Shown here: piece after piece, positions 11,152 to 23,166 of the stretch
How positions within the stretch are numbered: position 1 is the stretch's first letter
How the letters are laid out: each line of letters begins with the position of its first letter
From: Corallochytrium limacisporum Hawaii
Lineage: Eukaryota > Protista > Pluriformea
Length of the DNA stretch: 64,000 bases
Assembly: GCA_002811645.1 (NCBI GenBank)
Contig: PDIP01000072.1
Location: 1-64,000 of the forward strand
Reading direction: 5' to 3'
The notes under the pieces: model-generated
Told to the model about the DNA's origin: nothing
Databases searched by the model: none
Seen by the model: only the letters and a program-made list of their open reading frames with translations
Position numbers and translations under genes: made by a program

Positions 11152-11897
11152 CGCAAAATCGAGAACATTTGCTGGCCAACATCTTTGTTTGGTGATTTGG
11201 GGTGCCTCTACGAGGCCCACGTCTACGAGGCCCACACAGGCACCTTCCATTGGTCCCATTAATATGCCTGGTCGTCTCTACTGTGTATACTTACCGATCA
11301 AGCATTTTCCGATTAAATCGTGAACAAATTTCTATTCCTAAACTGGGTTCTTCTCTGAAACTAAGCAGATTTGAAAGCTCCCGTTGGCACCAATTTATCC
11401 CCGATCTCAAGAACCTTTCTCCCCCCCCCCCCCCCTTTTTCCAAACCACCCCCATCGCCTTTCCCGTTTCGTTCCGTTTATTGATAGTACCCCAAAACGC
11501 AATCGACCTAGAGGGCTAGGGAGATGAGGTGCTAAGTGTGATGGAGCAATGGGGAGTCCCCGGACTGCGTACAGATAACTGGGAAAATCTGGCGAGGGAG
11601 GTGTGCATAAAGGAAAGGAATCGAACTGAACAGGCGAAGAGAAGCGCAGGACGAGAGCGCGAGAGAGAGGGAACAGAGGAGAGAGGAACAAACGCCGAGT
11701 GCGGGCTGGTGTCCAAAAATAGAATCGTAGGGAGCGCCACCCACAGCCAAAGAGTAACCTAGCGGAGAGAGCTCACTTGTGGCGAACCAGGCCTTCCTCG
11801 TTCTCCATCCGTGGGGTTGCGTGCTGCTTGAAGTTCTAACTTTGGACATCCTCGGGATTGTGCCGACAAGATTTCCTATGTCTGGTCTTGTAGTTTG

Positions 11898-12017
11898 CAA
11901 CCATCTACAGCGATGATGATTTCGACTTCCTACGCGGGTGTGCCGCGCGACGCAGCAAGAAAGACATTAGGGCTCTGAGTGGTTGACAGGAACTAGCGCA
12001 CCCGCGGAACTGACGAA
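11898..12017 (+). ncRNA. Candidate structured ncRNA (box C/D-like)
   Basis: ATGATGA at 11913-11919, CTGA at 11975 and 12010. An 11-bp stem CGCGGGTGTGC/GCGCACCCGCG. Intergenic position. Confidence 0.2.
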
Positions 12018-12427
12018 GCAACCGGGCAATGTCAGTGTGGTTCTAATGATAGCGCATTCGAATGGGTGTTGAATCAATTTAACACAAGGTAACCAAATCG
12101 AGGATCCCATTGAAGACAATTGCTTTTGGGCACGCCATTATTCTTTTGTCCGGTTGGCCCCTCGCTCGCTCACAGAAAAATTGGTACCTCATCGGGTTTT
12201 CGTGGTCGTCGATAAACTGATTCCCTAGTTTAGCTTCGTCAAGAAAATTAAGGAACTTAGGCATATTCTGGTTGAGCTGTATAACTACTATTGTACTAGC
12301 GTTGGTATGTGTTAGATACTGTTTCTTTAAGGTTACCGGTGTGAGCGGGGCAATGATGAAGACAGATGCTGATGATACAAAGATGATGATGCTGATGATG
12401 ATGCCGATGAAAATGGCAGATGCTTGT

Positions 12428-13234
12428 CTACCCGTCCGGAGGCTGGGAATAAAGGATTCGTGCGGCCAGTCGCCCGCGGTTAGTACGCCACCAGTCCCTA
12501 CCTGTTAGATATCGGAAGCGCAGTCGAGGGTTCTTTGCCGGGTAACGACGGTACCGTCGCGGCACGGATTCATCGCCCCAGGCCCGCAGCAACCGCATGG
12601 GTGCCGAATTCAAGTATCTCCTGGAGCGTCCATTTTTGTTGATGGATTGCGCATCCGCCAGTAACGCTGGGGTCAGGCCATCGTTGCACTTTGCAGACTC
12701 ATCGGCTCCTGCACGCAAGAGAATGAATGTGCAGATTGTGTGCCCACCTGAGACAGCTGCGTGCAATGGAGTCCAACCCCTTTGATCTGCGGAATTGGGG
12801 TTAGCTCCATGAGCAAGAAGAGCTACTAATCCCATGTCCTTTCCGGAGATAGCACACAAAAACATGGCTGATATCCCCTGGCTGGTTGTGATATCTGGAT
12901 CGGCTCCCATGTATAGTGCCTTTTGAATTCTTCTGCTGACATTTGCCTCGCTTTTTCTCACATCTGCACATGCTATCAATAGCTCCCGGTCGGCATCATA
13001 TGCATCACTGTCCTCGGACTCATCGGAGGTGAGCAAGGCCAGAGGCACTTCCTGACGCAATACGAGATAGTCTCGCTGCAGTGCATTCCAGTGCCTCTCA
13101 CAGTTTTTCACGTCCCACGTGCCCGCATCTTCGTTTAATTGCAATGGCGCATTCCAAACTTGTTCACTGAGTGTCCTTCTACCGTACTCCTCAAAATAGT
13201 CTCTCCAGCTTCTTGACCAACTCTGATTCGTCAT
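12428..13234 (-). CDS. Ankyrin-repeat protein
   Basis: Ankyrin repeats GADPDITTSQGISAMFLCA, GANPNSADQRGWTPLHAAV and GADESAKCNDGLTPALLA. Confidence 0.9.
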   Translation of the reverse strand: MTNQSWSRSWRDYFEEYGRRTLSEQVWNAPLQLNEDAGTWDVKNCERHWNALQRDYLVLRQEVPLALLTSDESEDSDAYDADRELLIACADVRKSEANVSRRIQKALYMGADPDITTSQGISAMFLCAISGKDMGLVALLAHGANPNSADQRGWTPLHAAVSGGHTICTFILLRAGADESAKCNDGLTPALLADAQSINKNGRSRRYLNSAPMRLLRAWGDESVPRRYRRYPAKNPRLRFRYLTGRDWWRTNRGRLAARILYSQPPDG

Positions 13235-13927
13235 GATGCTGCTTTGTGATTGCACAGCAATCTGAAATTACTCTACATTGTCTATGGTTTCTCCTTATTT
13301 CGCGCTGATCCTTCCGAATCTACTAGTGACATTTATGTACTGACCACATCAACCTGTGTTACAATATCGACCAACGTCCCTATAATACCAAGGCCGATGG
13401 ACGTTGGTTGGAATGTCTGTGTCGGACAGGGGTGTCCCGCCCTTTCCATTGACAGTCCGGCACACGCGGTGCTTGGGTGGGTTTCCGCTACCCGCTCCTC
13501 CGCGCCCGTTGGCTCAGTGAGGTGGTAGAAGTTTTGGGCTAAAATTCCTAGTGGGCTTGCCCCAGCCTAGGCAAATGGCCCCCGAGTTCACCAAGCCAAC
13601 GGAGCTAAGCAAAACGAAAAGGGAACCCGAGAGGCCCCCAGGGGGGCCTGTTTATTGTTCACCCGTTGCTTTCTACCGTGTTACACCCGGTTCAGTACCA
13701 CCTGCCGTGGTCCGGTGCCCTCAATAAACTTTTTGTGCTGGGATTTTGGCGGGAGCGATTTTCCACAGGAACCGCTTGCCCACAGTCGGGACAGGCCTCG
13801 CACAGGGGCAGCGTCTTTTACCGGGGGCCCACTTGTGGGAGCGTGGTGCGCGGCCACGGCTCCTACTTCAGGCACAACCTGTGAGGAGAACCACCCTGAG
13901 AGTTCGACAGACACATGGGTTCAATAT

Positions 13928-14806
13928 ATGATCATGACGGGATCAAGTATGACGACTACAGTGCCAAGTGGCGTGGAACAAAGATTCACAGTGAGTCCCC
14001 GTAAGGGAGTACGAAAGGCCCGGTCAGTATGCGACTTTGCCTCTGAATCTCCGCGGTCAACGACGGAATCACATGCGTCACTTAAGCAGAGCCCTTTATC
14101 CTATGGGCACAGACACATCAGTAACTCTATTCCAAAAATGTGGTATACTCAGAGACTCAAACCGGACGACCACTCGTCCCCAAGACAAGAGCTATCGGAT
14201 GCGGATCACATGAATGGTACTTCACAACTTACAACTCCGCTGAAGACTGCAGGGAAGGCCAGCCTGGGAAAGGTTCCCACTGTGAAGATAGAGGATGTAC
14301 AGACCCGGACCCAGGCAGGGACTAAGGTCCCCGTGGTAGAAAAGCCGAAGCAAACGTCCGTTCTCAGTGGTCTGCTAGTCTTCGTGCTTGATCTTTTTGG
14401 TTCCATTGTCTTTGTCTGGACCAACGGTACTATGCTTATTCCCCAAGCTCGCGATTCTGTTAACCTTTACCAGCGTTTGTGTGCTGTGACTGATTGCCAG
14501 TGGCAGACGGCCTTTTCCGGGGCGACTTTACGAGAACCATTCTTTGCCGTCCGGGCAATGCTAATTGTTGTGGGACTATCAGTGGCAGGAGCTCTAGCTG
14601 CTTTCATACACCGCTGCTCTTTGACGACTATTATGACTTTCGTAGCGCTCTGCTACGTTTGGCGAGACCTGCTCGCCTACGGTGAGCTCATCGTCACCGA
14701 TTTGGAAGCAACCGAAAGGACCGTCGCATTGCGCGCTGTGCCCAATTCCATGCAGACCATGCTGGCTTCACTGTGTGACAAGATTTGTGGGTACCCGGAT
14801 ACCTAA
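13928..14806 (+). CDS. Uncharacterised multi-pass membrane protein (about 3 TM, Ser/Pro/basic N-terminus)
   Basis: Long ORF with first ATG at 13928. Hydrophobic segments VLSGLLVFVLDLFGSIVFVW, AMLIVVGLSVAGALAAFI and LTTIMTFVALCYVW. Confidence 0.75.
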   Translation: MIMTGSSMTTTVPSGVEQRFTVSPRKGVRKARSVCDFASESPRSTTESHASLKQSPLSYGHRHISNSIPKMWYTQRLKPDDHSSPRQELSDADHMNGTSQLTTPLKTAGKASLGKVPTVKIEDVQTRTQAGTKVPVVEKPKQTSVLSGLLVFVLDLFGSIVFVWTNGTMLIPQARDSVNLYQRLCAVTDCQWQTAFSGATLREPFFAVRAMLIVVGLSVAGALAAFIHRCSLTTIMTFVALCYVWRDLLAYGELIVTDLEATERTVALRAVPNSMQTMLASLCDKICGYPDT

Positions 14807-14908
14807 CTCTCACTGTATATTCAATATAAACTGTCTCTACTCCACTACTATGAATCAGAATGATACGCATTATTCATGCGCTAACTAGTTTGCGTGTTAT
14901 CTTACAGA

Positions 14909-16219
14909 TTAATGTCGGTGCTTACCCTCATACCGTTGCAGCGCATGAATGGTGCCGTTAAGAATGATGAAAGATCCGACAATCTGCGTTGTGCGGATCA
15001 TCATGCCGGTTGGTGCAAACAGGGTTAGACCTGTAGCCATCAATCGCCGAACCGCCACATCTTTGACGGTTGGGGCAATACGTGTCTTGTCAGCATGCTC
15101 CACCAGATCAGCCAGATGTCCCAGATAGCTCACTCTCGGATTCAGCAACTTCTTCGTACTCAGCAAATGTGGGATGTGGGAGAAATATCCCACAGTGACA
15201 CCCGCCCCAATCGAACCCACCGCATTCCGCAGAGCGGCACTGTCCTTCAATGGCCCGGTGCGCGGTACACGCTCCTCACAGAAGTCCGAAAGTTGATTCA
15301 GTCCTACACCAAAGATCACCTCACGCAGAATGCGGAAGGTAAACCCACGGCTGGCGCGACGCAGCAACGGTTCCCGGTTTACATGACCAGCGTTGGTAGC
15401 CTCCAGAATGCTGCTAATGGGTGACATGATGATACCCGGCGCGCACACAAAGCCCAATCGCATAAGGATCGGATGGGAGTACATATCTGCCACCTCAATC
15501 TTGTTCTCGAACGCCTGACGCAAACCCTTGAATCCGCAAATATACAGAACACGTGACGGGACTTGGATGTGCATCTGAGGGAAATATTCAATCTTGGTGG
15601 CTCCCTTCTTGGTTGAGGTCAAGGCCTGGTTCATAAGCGCATTCAAAGCACTGCGGAAGAAGGACTCAAATGTGGCCGCCACTGCTGTGGCACTGAGAGG
15701 GATTTTACCACCCTTCTGATCGAGCAAAGGAGTTTTCTCTGTTCGCATCATGCTGCGCAAACTCTTGCTCAGACTGTAAATCACTTCCTCCGCGTACTTT
15801 TTTCCCCTTTCGTCCGTCCGTAGCACCAGCTCCCGGAATGCGCTAGCTGGTAAACGGTAAGCCTTCACGTCAGAGTGACAGTATAACATCGCATACGATG
15901 GGTCCTCACGTGTCAGGTGCAAGGATCCGAAGTGCTTTCGTCCATGGTCCTCTAGCCAATGTTCTGTTCCATCTTCTTCCCGTTTGATGCGCACAATATC
16001 ACCAGAGGCGATCAAATAGAGACTCCGTTGGGGGTCCCCCTGATCTATCAGGAAACTGCCCTTGTGTCTGCGCATGACACTCATTTCGTCCACAAGCGAA
16101 GTTAGCAAGTCCGTGCTCGCGTGCGTGAACAGAGGCACTGTGCGGAGCAGTCGATAGGCCTCCCGGCGCTCTCGCTGCCTAAGGCTCCGGCCTCCATACT
16201 TTACACCACCGTCCGGCAT
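14909..16219 (-). CDS. cNMP-binding-domain protein fused to a divergent mitochondrial-carrier-like domain
   Basis: The N-half LRTVPLF...LIDQGDPQRSLYLIASGDI...FGSL is a CAP/cNMP fold. The C-half has carrier-like segments (PGIIMSPISSILE; RGFTFRILREVIF; AGVTVGYFSHIPHLLST). Confidence 0.75.
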   Translation of the reverse strand: MPDGGVKYGGRSLRQRERREAYRLLRTVPLFTHASTDLLTSLVDEMSVMRRHKGSFLIDQGDPQRSLYLIASGDIVRIKREEDGTEHWLEDHGRKHFGSLHLTREDPSYAMLYCHSDVKAYRLPASAFRELVLRTDERGKKYAEEVIYSLSKSLRSMMRTEKTPLLDQKGGKIPLSATAVAATFESFFRSALNALMNQALTSTKKGATKIEYFPQMHIQVPSRVLYICGFKGLRQAFENKIEVADMYSHPILMRLGFVCAPGIIMSPISSILEATNAGHVNREPLLRRASRGFTFRILREVIFGVGLNQLSDFCEERVPRTGPLKDSAALRNAVGSIGAGVTVGYFSHIPHLLSTKKLLNPRVSYLGHLADLVEHADKTRIAPTVKDVAVRRLMATGLTLFAPTGMMIRTTQIVGSFIILNGTIHALQRYEGKHRH

Positions 16220-19200
16220 GACAACTGGTATGTGGGGAAAGTGCTGTTCACAAGATTAGAATAGGGTTGTGTACGACAACCGTGTTCGAGTTTAGACCAT
16301 GATGTTTGACTCCTCCTGAGTCCAATCTTCACAGTTTTAAAAAGGCACAATTCCGTCTGTTTTCGCTGCATGTCCCGGAATCGTCTCTGTGGAGTTATTT
16401 AGTTTCGTGTTAGGCACCTTTCATGTACCCAACCGTCCCCCAATGTTACACGTCTTTTTGAGAGCGGCGCGACCAGCGTGACCCGACCGGCAGGTCCCGA
16501 TCGCCCACTTTTTAGGTAGGGCTCCTCAGTTACTTCCGCCGTTTGTTCCGTTTTTGTAAACTTTTTGTGTTGCCCGCCCTTCAACCCCGTGAACCGTCCC
16601 TGTCTCTCCCACGGGGGGCACGCGAAAAACAAAACCCCTACTAAGCAAGGAGGGAAGCCCCGAAACCTACCAGAAGCCTTCCAGCAGTGGTGCACAGCAG
16701 TTGTGTTGGCAGTCTCTGTCCTTGACTTGATTGTGACACTGTCAATCCATCAGTCTTTTCCGTCGCTTCGGCTTGCCCATATCCATATCTATCAGCTGAA
16801 AAAAGGATTCGGTGGTTCATGGTAATGACGTGGGGTGAGGCTATGATGTTTGTATAGTGTGCAGAAGCCACCGGGATTTTTCATGTACATGTACTTAGAA
16901 AAACCGGCGGATTGTATTCTGGCTTTCCGCACCATATGGCAACTCAGATATGGCTGATGATGATCGGGTCCATGCTTTAAGCACGGGACCTGGCTCATCG
17001 GGCTCCGTCTTCGACTTCTATTCATGAGGGCGATCCAGATGGACCCACAGGAACTTCGCCGCCCGTGCGTGTGTGTCCACTCTCCCACTGGGTGCGCTAT
17101 TTTTGACCCACACTTGCGTGGGTTACTGTGTAGGGGCTCGGGAACCCGAGCGGCGGGCAGAGGAGATGCAGGTGGTACTTGCTTCAGGTGTGAGTTTTGT
17201 TGAAAAACCCAACCCCTTGCAATTCTGCCCGCTTTCTGCCACACACATGCACGCACAGAAGCAATTAATCACTATGGTGCAGGGAACGGGAGTCTAATTT
17301 TGCAACCCCTACTGCAGGCTCCCAGTCTGCTGCACACACGCAGGGTCTAAAGGGTGGACCACGGCACAAACAACCGGGCATTTGGGCGACAGGGTGCGCC
17401 CCTCCCTGGCTCTGCAGTACCCAATGTATGTGGAGGGTCCTTGGGGGGGTTCGTGCCCCCCCCCCCCACCCTGCCATATGAATGATACCACCTTCCCCGT
17501 ATTCATTAATTTGGATTAATGTCCCACTCTCGCCTGGAGCGACACAAGGGAGGAACGGGAGGGCATGCAGACGAAGCGAAAACGGAAAGCGAATCTCGGA
17601 CAAGTGTTCGAAGCGGGCTTCCCTTTTGAACAGGTTTGACATGCCTATGGAAACCTGAGGATGCGTGCGACACAACGAAGTATGTGGGTCACCTGGGAAG
17701 GCTGGTACCACTGTACCTGGCCGAAGGCGTGTGGTGTGGTGGTGTACTTTGTGTCTTCCGCTTTGGTGTCCCCCCCCTCCTCCGCCTCCTTCTCTATTGA
17801 TTCATTTGCGACCGGCTATACCTAAAGAATTGAATAAATATGGATCAAAATGATGTCAATTTTCGGGCACGGATTGATCTTCTCTGTGATCCCCTTGGAG
17901 TTGGGGGCAGTTGTTGGGGCGGGGTTTGAGAGAAGAAACACAAAAAAAAAGAAAAGGGAAAGAGAGGGGAGAGTGAAGGAGACGAAAGGAAAAGCGGAGG
18001 AAGGAAGGAAAAAAGAGGGGGGGGGACAGGGCAGGGCAGGGCAGGGCACAAGACGTACTCCGGGCACACAAACTTGTTCGAAAGTGGCAGAAAAGGAGCG
18101 AACCCTTGCCCCGCCACTTCCAAGGGACCCCACCCGCCCCCGTGTATCTGGACCCGTTCAGAAAAACGAAGCACGGCAACAACGCGCGCAAAAAAACGAA
18201 GAAGGTTTAGTTCCTTCTTGTCCCCATGTCTTGTACGTGATCAGCAACGGCGATTTGTGTTTCTGCTATGCCTCGGGTAATGCTTCCATTCGGTTCAGAG
18301 GTAGAGGAGCAGCAGCAGCAGCAGCACGCAGCTCAAAGAAAACATTGTTCCTCGGCACACCAAAACAGGCAAGAAATACTAGGGAAATTGGGGGTTTCTG
18401 TATGGTCGGTGTTGCACCGGTGGGCCCGCTTTACCTGTGTACGGTAGGTATAGTTGCTAACTTTCCCGTTTGGTGTAGGGCCGTTTGGACCCGCACGTTT
18501 TACCTTTCTTCCTATTTCCCCGGATTAACGTGGTCGCTGGTCATTTAAAATTACACGCTTTGAGAAGTTGTTCTTGTTTTGTTGCCCTCCGACCAACTCG
18601 CCGGAATGCGAACCCAGCTTTTGAAACTTACTCTTTCTTTGGCATGGTGTGCGCTATTCCCATACTCAGAGATCAGTGACCCGGTTTTCCTGTTTTGCGT
18701 CAATGTTTTCTTCAGAGAACGACGAAAACATCCTCCTCCAACCCTCGACCACATTAATGCGAGGATTTGGAGATGTGCGCGAGGAGAAGAGGGGGGGGTT
18801 TGGTTGGTTGGTTTGGGTAAACAGGGACAAAAAGAAGGGGGAAGGTTGCCTTCCTTGCTTGGCCCGTCCCGGCCCCCACACCTCCCCCCCTCTTCTGCTC
18901 CGCTCAGGTGAATGTGTGTGTGTGTGTCAGTTCGGATGGACCCTGTGATTGACTCGATAAGAGAAATACAAGTGAAGGGTCCAAAATCCCTGCGCACTTG
19001 TGGCATATGCTACTCTACCCGTTTCGCGATGTGCTTTTCGTCTGTCCATCTTTCATTTGAAAATGAGAGCGGTGCGGTGAGAATGTGGGTTTGGGTGCTG
19101 TTCTGTCTGTCTGACGAATGCCTGCGATTTTTTGCAAGGAAAATGACTCAGGTGACGAGCGATGCCGCCGAAAGAATTTACAATATGTCACCCCCTTTCG

Positions 19201-20041
19201 TTCCATTCGGATACTTTAGCCAGAAAAACTCGATCGGGACGGCCCACCCACCCACGCGCAAGATTCATCTTCGGAAGGGGGCCGCCCCCTGGTGAATTGC
19301 CTATGGTGGTAACGTACCGCTCTGTCCATTACTGGATGATATTGAGTTGGTGGTGGTGGTGGTACGGACCCTGTAAACTTTCTTCTTTTGTGTGCCTGTA
19401 TGTATGCGTATGGCCGTTGTCCCTTAGCGCCGGCTGCTTCCTGTGACGGGTCTCGTTGACACACACAGACACAGTGCACAAAGCAGACACAAACACACAC
19501 ACACAACACAACAAGACAGATATTGGAAACCCAGCCGCAGCTGGTAGTGTGCTCGAAGCAGATTCCCGACAGATGGAAGGAAAAAACTTGGGCCACCCCC
19601 ACCCCTCTCCCCGGAGGAAGGGTTGGTCGGGGGATCTTTCTAGCCTCGGGAGCTTGCACTGCACGAACTCTATGAAAACTGTTAGGTCACGGAAATGGAG
19701 CGGGAATTCACCAGATGTAAGCAACAGTTACTCATTCTGTCAACCCTCAGTGGACCTGTGCTGGTTGCACTACTGTAGGCTCATATCTGCGCCCATGGTT
19801 CATTATTTGGGTTAAATGCACAAGAATAGTTGATGTGATAGTTTAGCAGCTATAAACCAATAACCACACCGTTCCGCAGCGTTCTCGAAGGAGATCGGAT
19901 CGAGTTTAGTTCCAATGGCCAATACCAGAGACAGTTCTCTATTTAGCTGCGGAAAGCAAACGTAGTGCTTGATAGCCAGATCAAAGTACACGACATAAGC
20001 GCAGTACGGTGTCAGACATTCTCAAAGGCCGTGTAGTAGTC

Positions 20042-22588
20042 ATGGCCCCTGCAAACACGGAAAGTAACACAACTAGAGGGGAGTCACCAAGCAGGGATTC
20101 GTCAAAGACCGGCTTGAAACGTATTCGTAAGGCCCTGTCGGGTAGTGTGCTTCAGACTATGGACACGCTTTCAGATGTGGCGTCCTTAACACCTGGTACT
20201 ACCATGGGAGAGGCCACAGACTTGGATTCGCCCGCAAAGGAAAGGAAGAGTCGCTTGCAACCCCGTCGCAGCAATCTCTTGCTTCATGTTCATATTTATG
20301 AGGCTCGACATTTGCCCAAGATGGACCTCGGCGGTGGCGCTGATCCATTTGTATGCATTCATGTCGGTGAACAGACCCGGAAAACTAGTATAATTAAGCG
20401 GGATCGGTACCCGGTTTGGAATGAGCAATTTGTGTTCAATGTACCCCTCCGGTCTTTTTATATGGAAGATGAGGTGTGCCTGCAGGTCTGGGACTACAAC
20501 TTTGGTCCACATGATCGATTGATTGGTGAGGTGAAGCTAAACTTGCTCGACCTGGCACCTGATCATCCGGAACCAAAGTGGTACCAGGTGCAAGCGAGTC
20601 CGAAGTCGAAAAAATTGGATCCACCCCAGCCCCTTGGACAGCTACGTATCAGCACGCTCTGGTTAGAGGACCCTGAAACTATGGCAGATCCTGAGACGCT
20701 TGTGCATCAGTTGTCATACATGAATATTTTCTTCAACAACACAGACATAAGAACGGATCTGGATCCAGCACCACTAAGCAGAGTACAGAGTGTGTCTACT
20801 GGTACCATCGCGGACAAGACCGCAAGTAATGCACAAGCAAGCGTAACTACGGCTACTACCATCAAGAGGAACATCAGTGTCACGCAGGGCGGGAGCGATG
20901 TGGACACTATTGACATTGAGACTGTGTCCGTTGCACCGACTACCATGCCTGAGGAATTGGCAGAACAGGAGGCCAAAACGACGAATGCAAAGTTTACAGA
21001 CGGCCAGGTACTCAAGGTCACTGTTCTCAATGCGGAGAGTATTATTACCCTGGTGAAGGAACACAAGCGCCCCAAAGTCATGTGCCATATCGTCGTGAAA
21101 CTGGCAGGTCGAGGTTTCATTACCCGACCAGTGGCATTGGACGCTATCGATGACCCCACCAACCCAGAGTGGAATCAAGTGATCAGTGTTCCGCTCAGTT
21201 CGCAACTAAATGGTCGAACTCCAGTGAAGTTCAAAGTACTTGTCGGTGGTGTTTGTATAGCACGAAATCAAGTCCCAGTCGGCAGCTTCCATCCATCGGC
21301 GGTGCTTAAGCCTCCGACGATCGGGTCACCGCCTGCGAGTGGCGAGTCAGTCTCTGAGACGGGAAGTGAGGGGCAAAGTCCTCGGCAGCGCTCAGTTTCC
21401 TCCAGTATGGATCAGCAGACGACACCGAACGCATTGAAGCTGCCGAACGGTCGTTCTCGATCGAAATCGACGGGACAGACCACGGCAAAGAAGCCTGAAC
21501 TCCGGGTGAATAGCAAATCGTCAGACAACATCAGTCAGGCTTCCAACGTGTCGGCAACGGCATCTGCAACGGCATCTGCCCCTGGAGAGTCTCCAAGTAA
21601 GCTGGACAATGTCTGTGATCAATGTCCTGGGACAGAGCTTGTAGTGGAACGGCTGGCACTGAAAGCACAAGAAATCAACCGCATGCATCGCCGTCGCATG
21701 GAACTGCACGGGTTTGAGATCTCTAGCAAACCCATTCTCAACTATTATGCTGAAGTTGTGGTTAACGAGGTGTACGGTCAGGAGGATGCTGGAGAGTTTG
21801 ACGACCCGGCTAATGACCCAGATCGTCCCGAACCAATCAAGACTCCTCAACCCTTGGACTCTTCGTGCATTACCGACGCACCTTTGGGTATCAGCATTCA
21901 ACAATTGAAAGACATTTGGATCAGTGAGGAAGCGCCTGCCTACCATAAATACCTTGGGGATCTAAAATATTCGGAAGTGAAGGTAGATAAATTTGCTGGG
22001 GATGATGCAACACGTACAGTACAGTATCTAATGCCCCCGAATACTATGGTGAAGGCTCTGAATGCCTTCGAAGACCAGAAGCTGGCGGTGGATGAGCCAG
22101 GTGGTTTTATCGTCGAAATTATTTGTCGGACGCCGGATGCTCCCTACGGCTCCACCTTCCGCACCAAAACGCAATGGATTGGCAAGTACAAGAGTCGGAA
22201 GACAAGTACCATTTCAGTCCGGGCCGAGGTTGACTTTGTGAAGAGTACCATGATGGCCAAGCCGATTCGAAATGCTGCTATCAAGGCCGCTACGGAGAAT
22301 GCGCAACAGATGATTAAGTCGATTCAGGAATACGCTTGGAAGAACATGGGAATCACAGAACAGCCTATGGAGGAGATTCCAGTGACGCCTGAAGATGAAG
22401 GTAAGGCTCACGAGGGCATCCTCGGTATGCTGCAGGACACTGTCGAGGAAGTGATCAAAGTGCTCACTGGCATTGAAGCAAGCACTTGGATCGTTATTGT
22501 TCAGGTCTTCTTGCTTCTGCAGGTTATCATTGCTCTGAATACTATTGCCGGCGAGCTGGCTGCCATCCGCGTGAAGATGGATGCTTAG
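20042..22588 (+). CDS. C2-domain + VASt/StARkin lipid-transfer protein with C-terminal TM anchor
   Basis: C2 domain (EARHLPKMDLGGGADPF...WNEQF...VWDY) and a second degenerate C2. VASt motif TPDAPYGSTFRTKTQW...VDFVKSTMMAKPI. Terminal TM WIVIVQVFLLLQVIIAL. Confidence 0.85.
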   Translation: MAPANTESNTTRGESPSRDSSKTGLKRIRKALSGSVLQTMDTLSDVASLTPGTTMGEATDLDSPAKERKSRLQPRRSNLLLHVHIYEARHLPKMDLGGGADPFVCIHVGEQTRKTSIIKRDRYPVWNEQFVFNVPLRSFYMEDEVCLQVWDYNFGPHDRLIGEVKLNLLDLAPDHPEPKWYQVQASPKSKKLDPPQPLGQLRISTLWLEDPETMADPETLVHQLSYMNIFFNNTDIRTDLDPAPLSRVQSVSTGTIADKTASNAQASVTTATTIKRNISVTQGGSDVDTIDIETVSVAPTTMPEELAEQEAKTTNAKFTDGQVLKVTVLNAESIITLVKEHKRPKVMCHIVVKLAGRGFITRPVALDAIDDPTNPEWNQVISVPLSSQLNGRTPVKFKVLVGGVCIARNQVPVGSFHPSAVLKPPTIGSPPASGESVSETGSEGQSPRQRSVSSSMDQQTTPNALKLPNGRSRSKSTGQTTAKKPELRVNSKSSDNISQASNVSATASATASAPGESPSKLDNVCDQCPGTELVVERLALKAQEINRMHRRRMELHGFEISSKPILNYYAEVVVNEVYGQEDAGEFDDPANDPDRPEPIKTPQPLDSSCITDAPLGISIQQLKDIWISEEAPAYHKYLGDLKYSEVKVDKFAGDDATRTVQYLMPPNTMVKALNAFEDQKLAVDEPGGFIVEIICRTPDAPYGSTFRTKTQWIGKYKSRKTSTISVRAEVDFVKSTMMAKPIRNAAIKAATENAQQMIKSIQEYAWKNMGITEQPMEEIPVTPEDEGKAHEGILGMLQDTVEEVIKVLTGIEASTWIVIVQVFLLLQVIIALNTIAGELAAIRVKMDA

Positions 22589-23166
22589 AGAAAGAACCAG
22601 AAATACACCGCGACATCATGTTTTCATCAGCGATTACGAAACTTTGTGTGATTGCGATATCTTTCCTTTTAACCTGACTCCGCATCCACAAGTGATCAGC
22701 TTTCATTCGCTCAGCCTTCTCGTCGGCCACGGTCAAGTCCCGAGCCCTCCACTAGGGCTTCCCCCCCCCCACCAACTCTTCTCCCTCCGCCCCAATACTG
22801 CCACATCACCCGGAAGTGATCCCCTCTCCCGGGGCTTTCGGTGTGCAGTGCTGAGCAAAAGGCGGGTAAGTGACTTGGATGATAACGGTGGACCCACTTG
22901 GCCCTAGCGGGAGAACGGTACCACCTTATCACCGTAGAAGACTCTAGAATTTTGGGCTTTGCTCAACGACAATGCTTTCTGAACATATTTAGGGGTTCCA
23001 ACAAGGATAACTTCCAAGGCAAAACCTGAGTGTAAATTAAACGAAAAGAACTACGACGTGAATCAACACTAGTCCTTTAGTGCAGTGGTTATCCTTTCGG
23101 AGATAACATGCAGAAACTAAGATACTATAGATGAGCCGTGACAAACAGACAAAGCAACAGAAAAGG

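Noticed and set aside
11549-11570. GGGGAGTCCCCGGAC resembling RNase MRP CR-I
   Set aside because: I found no matching GGGGCTYA P4 partner or GARAR loop at a suitable distance.
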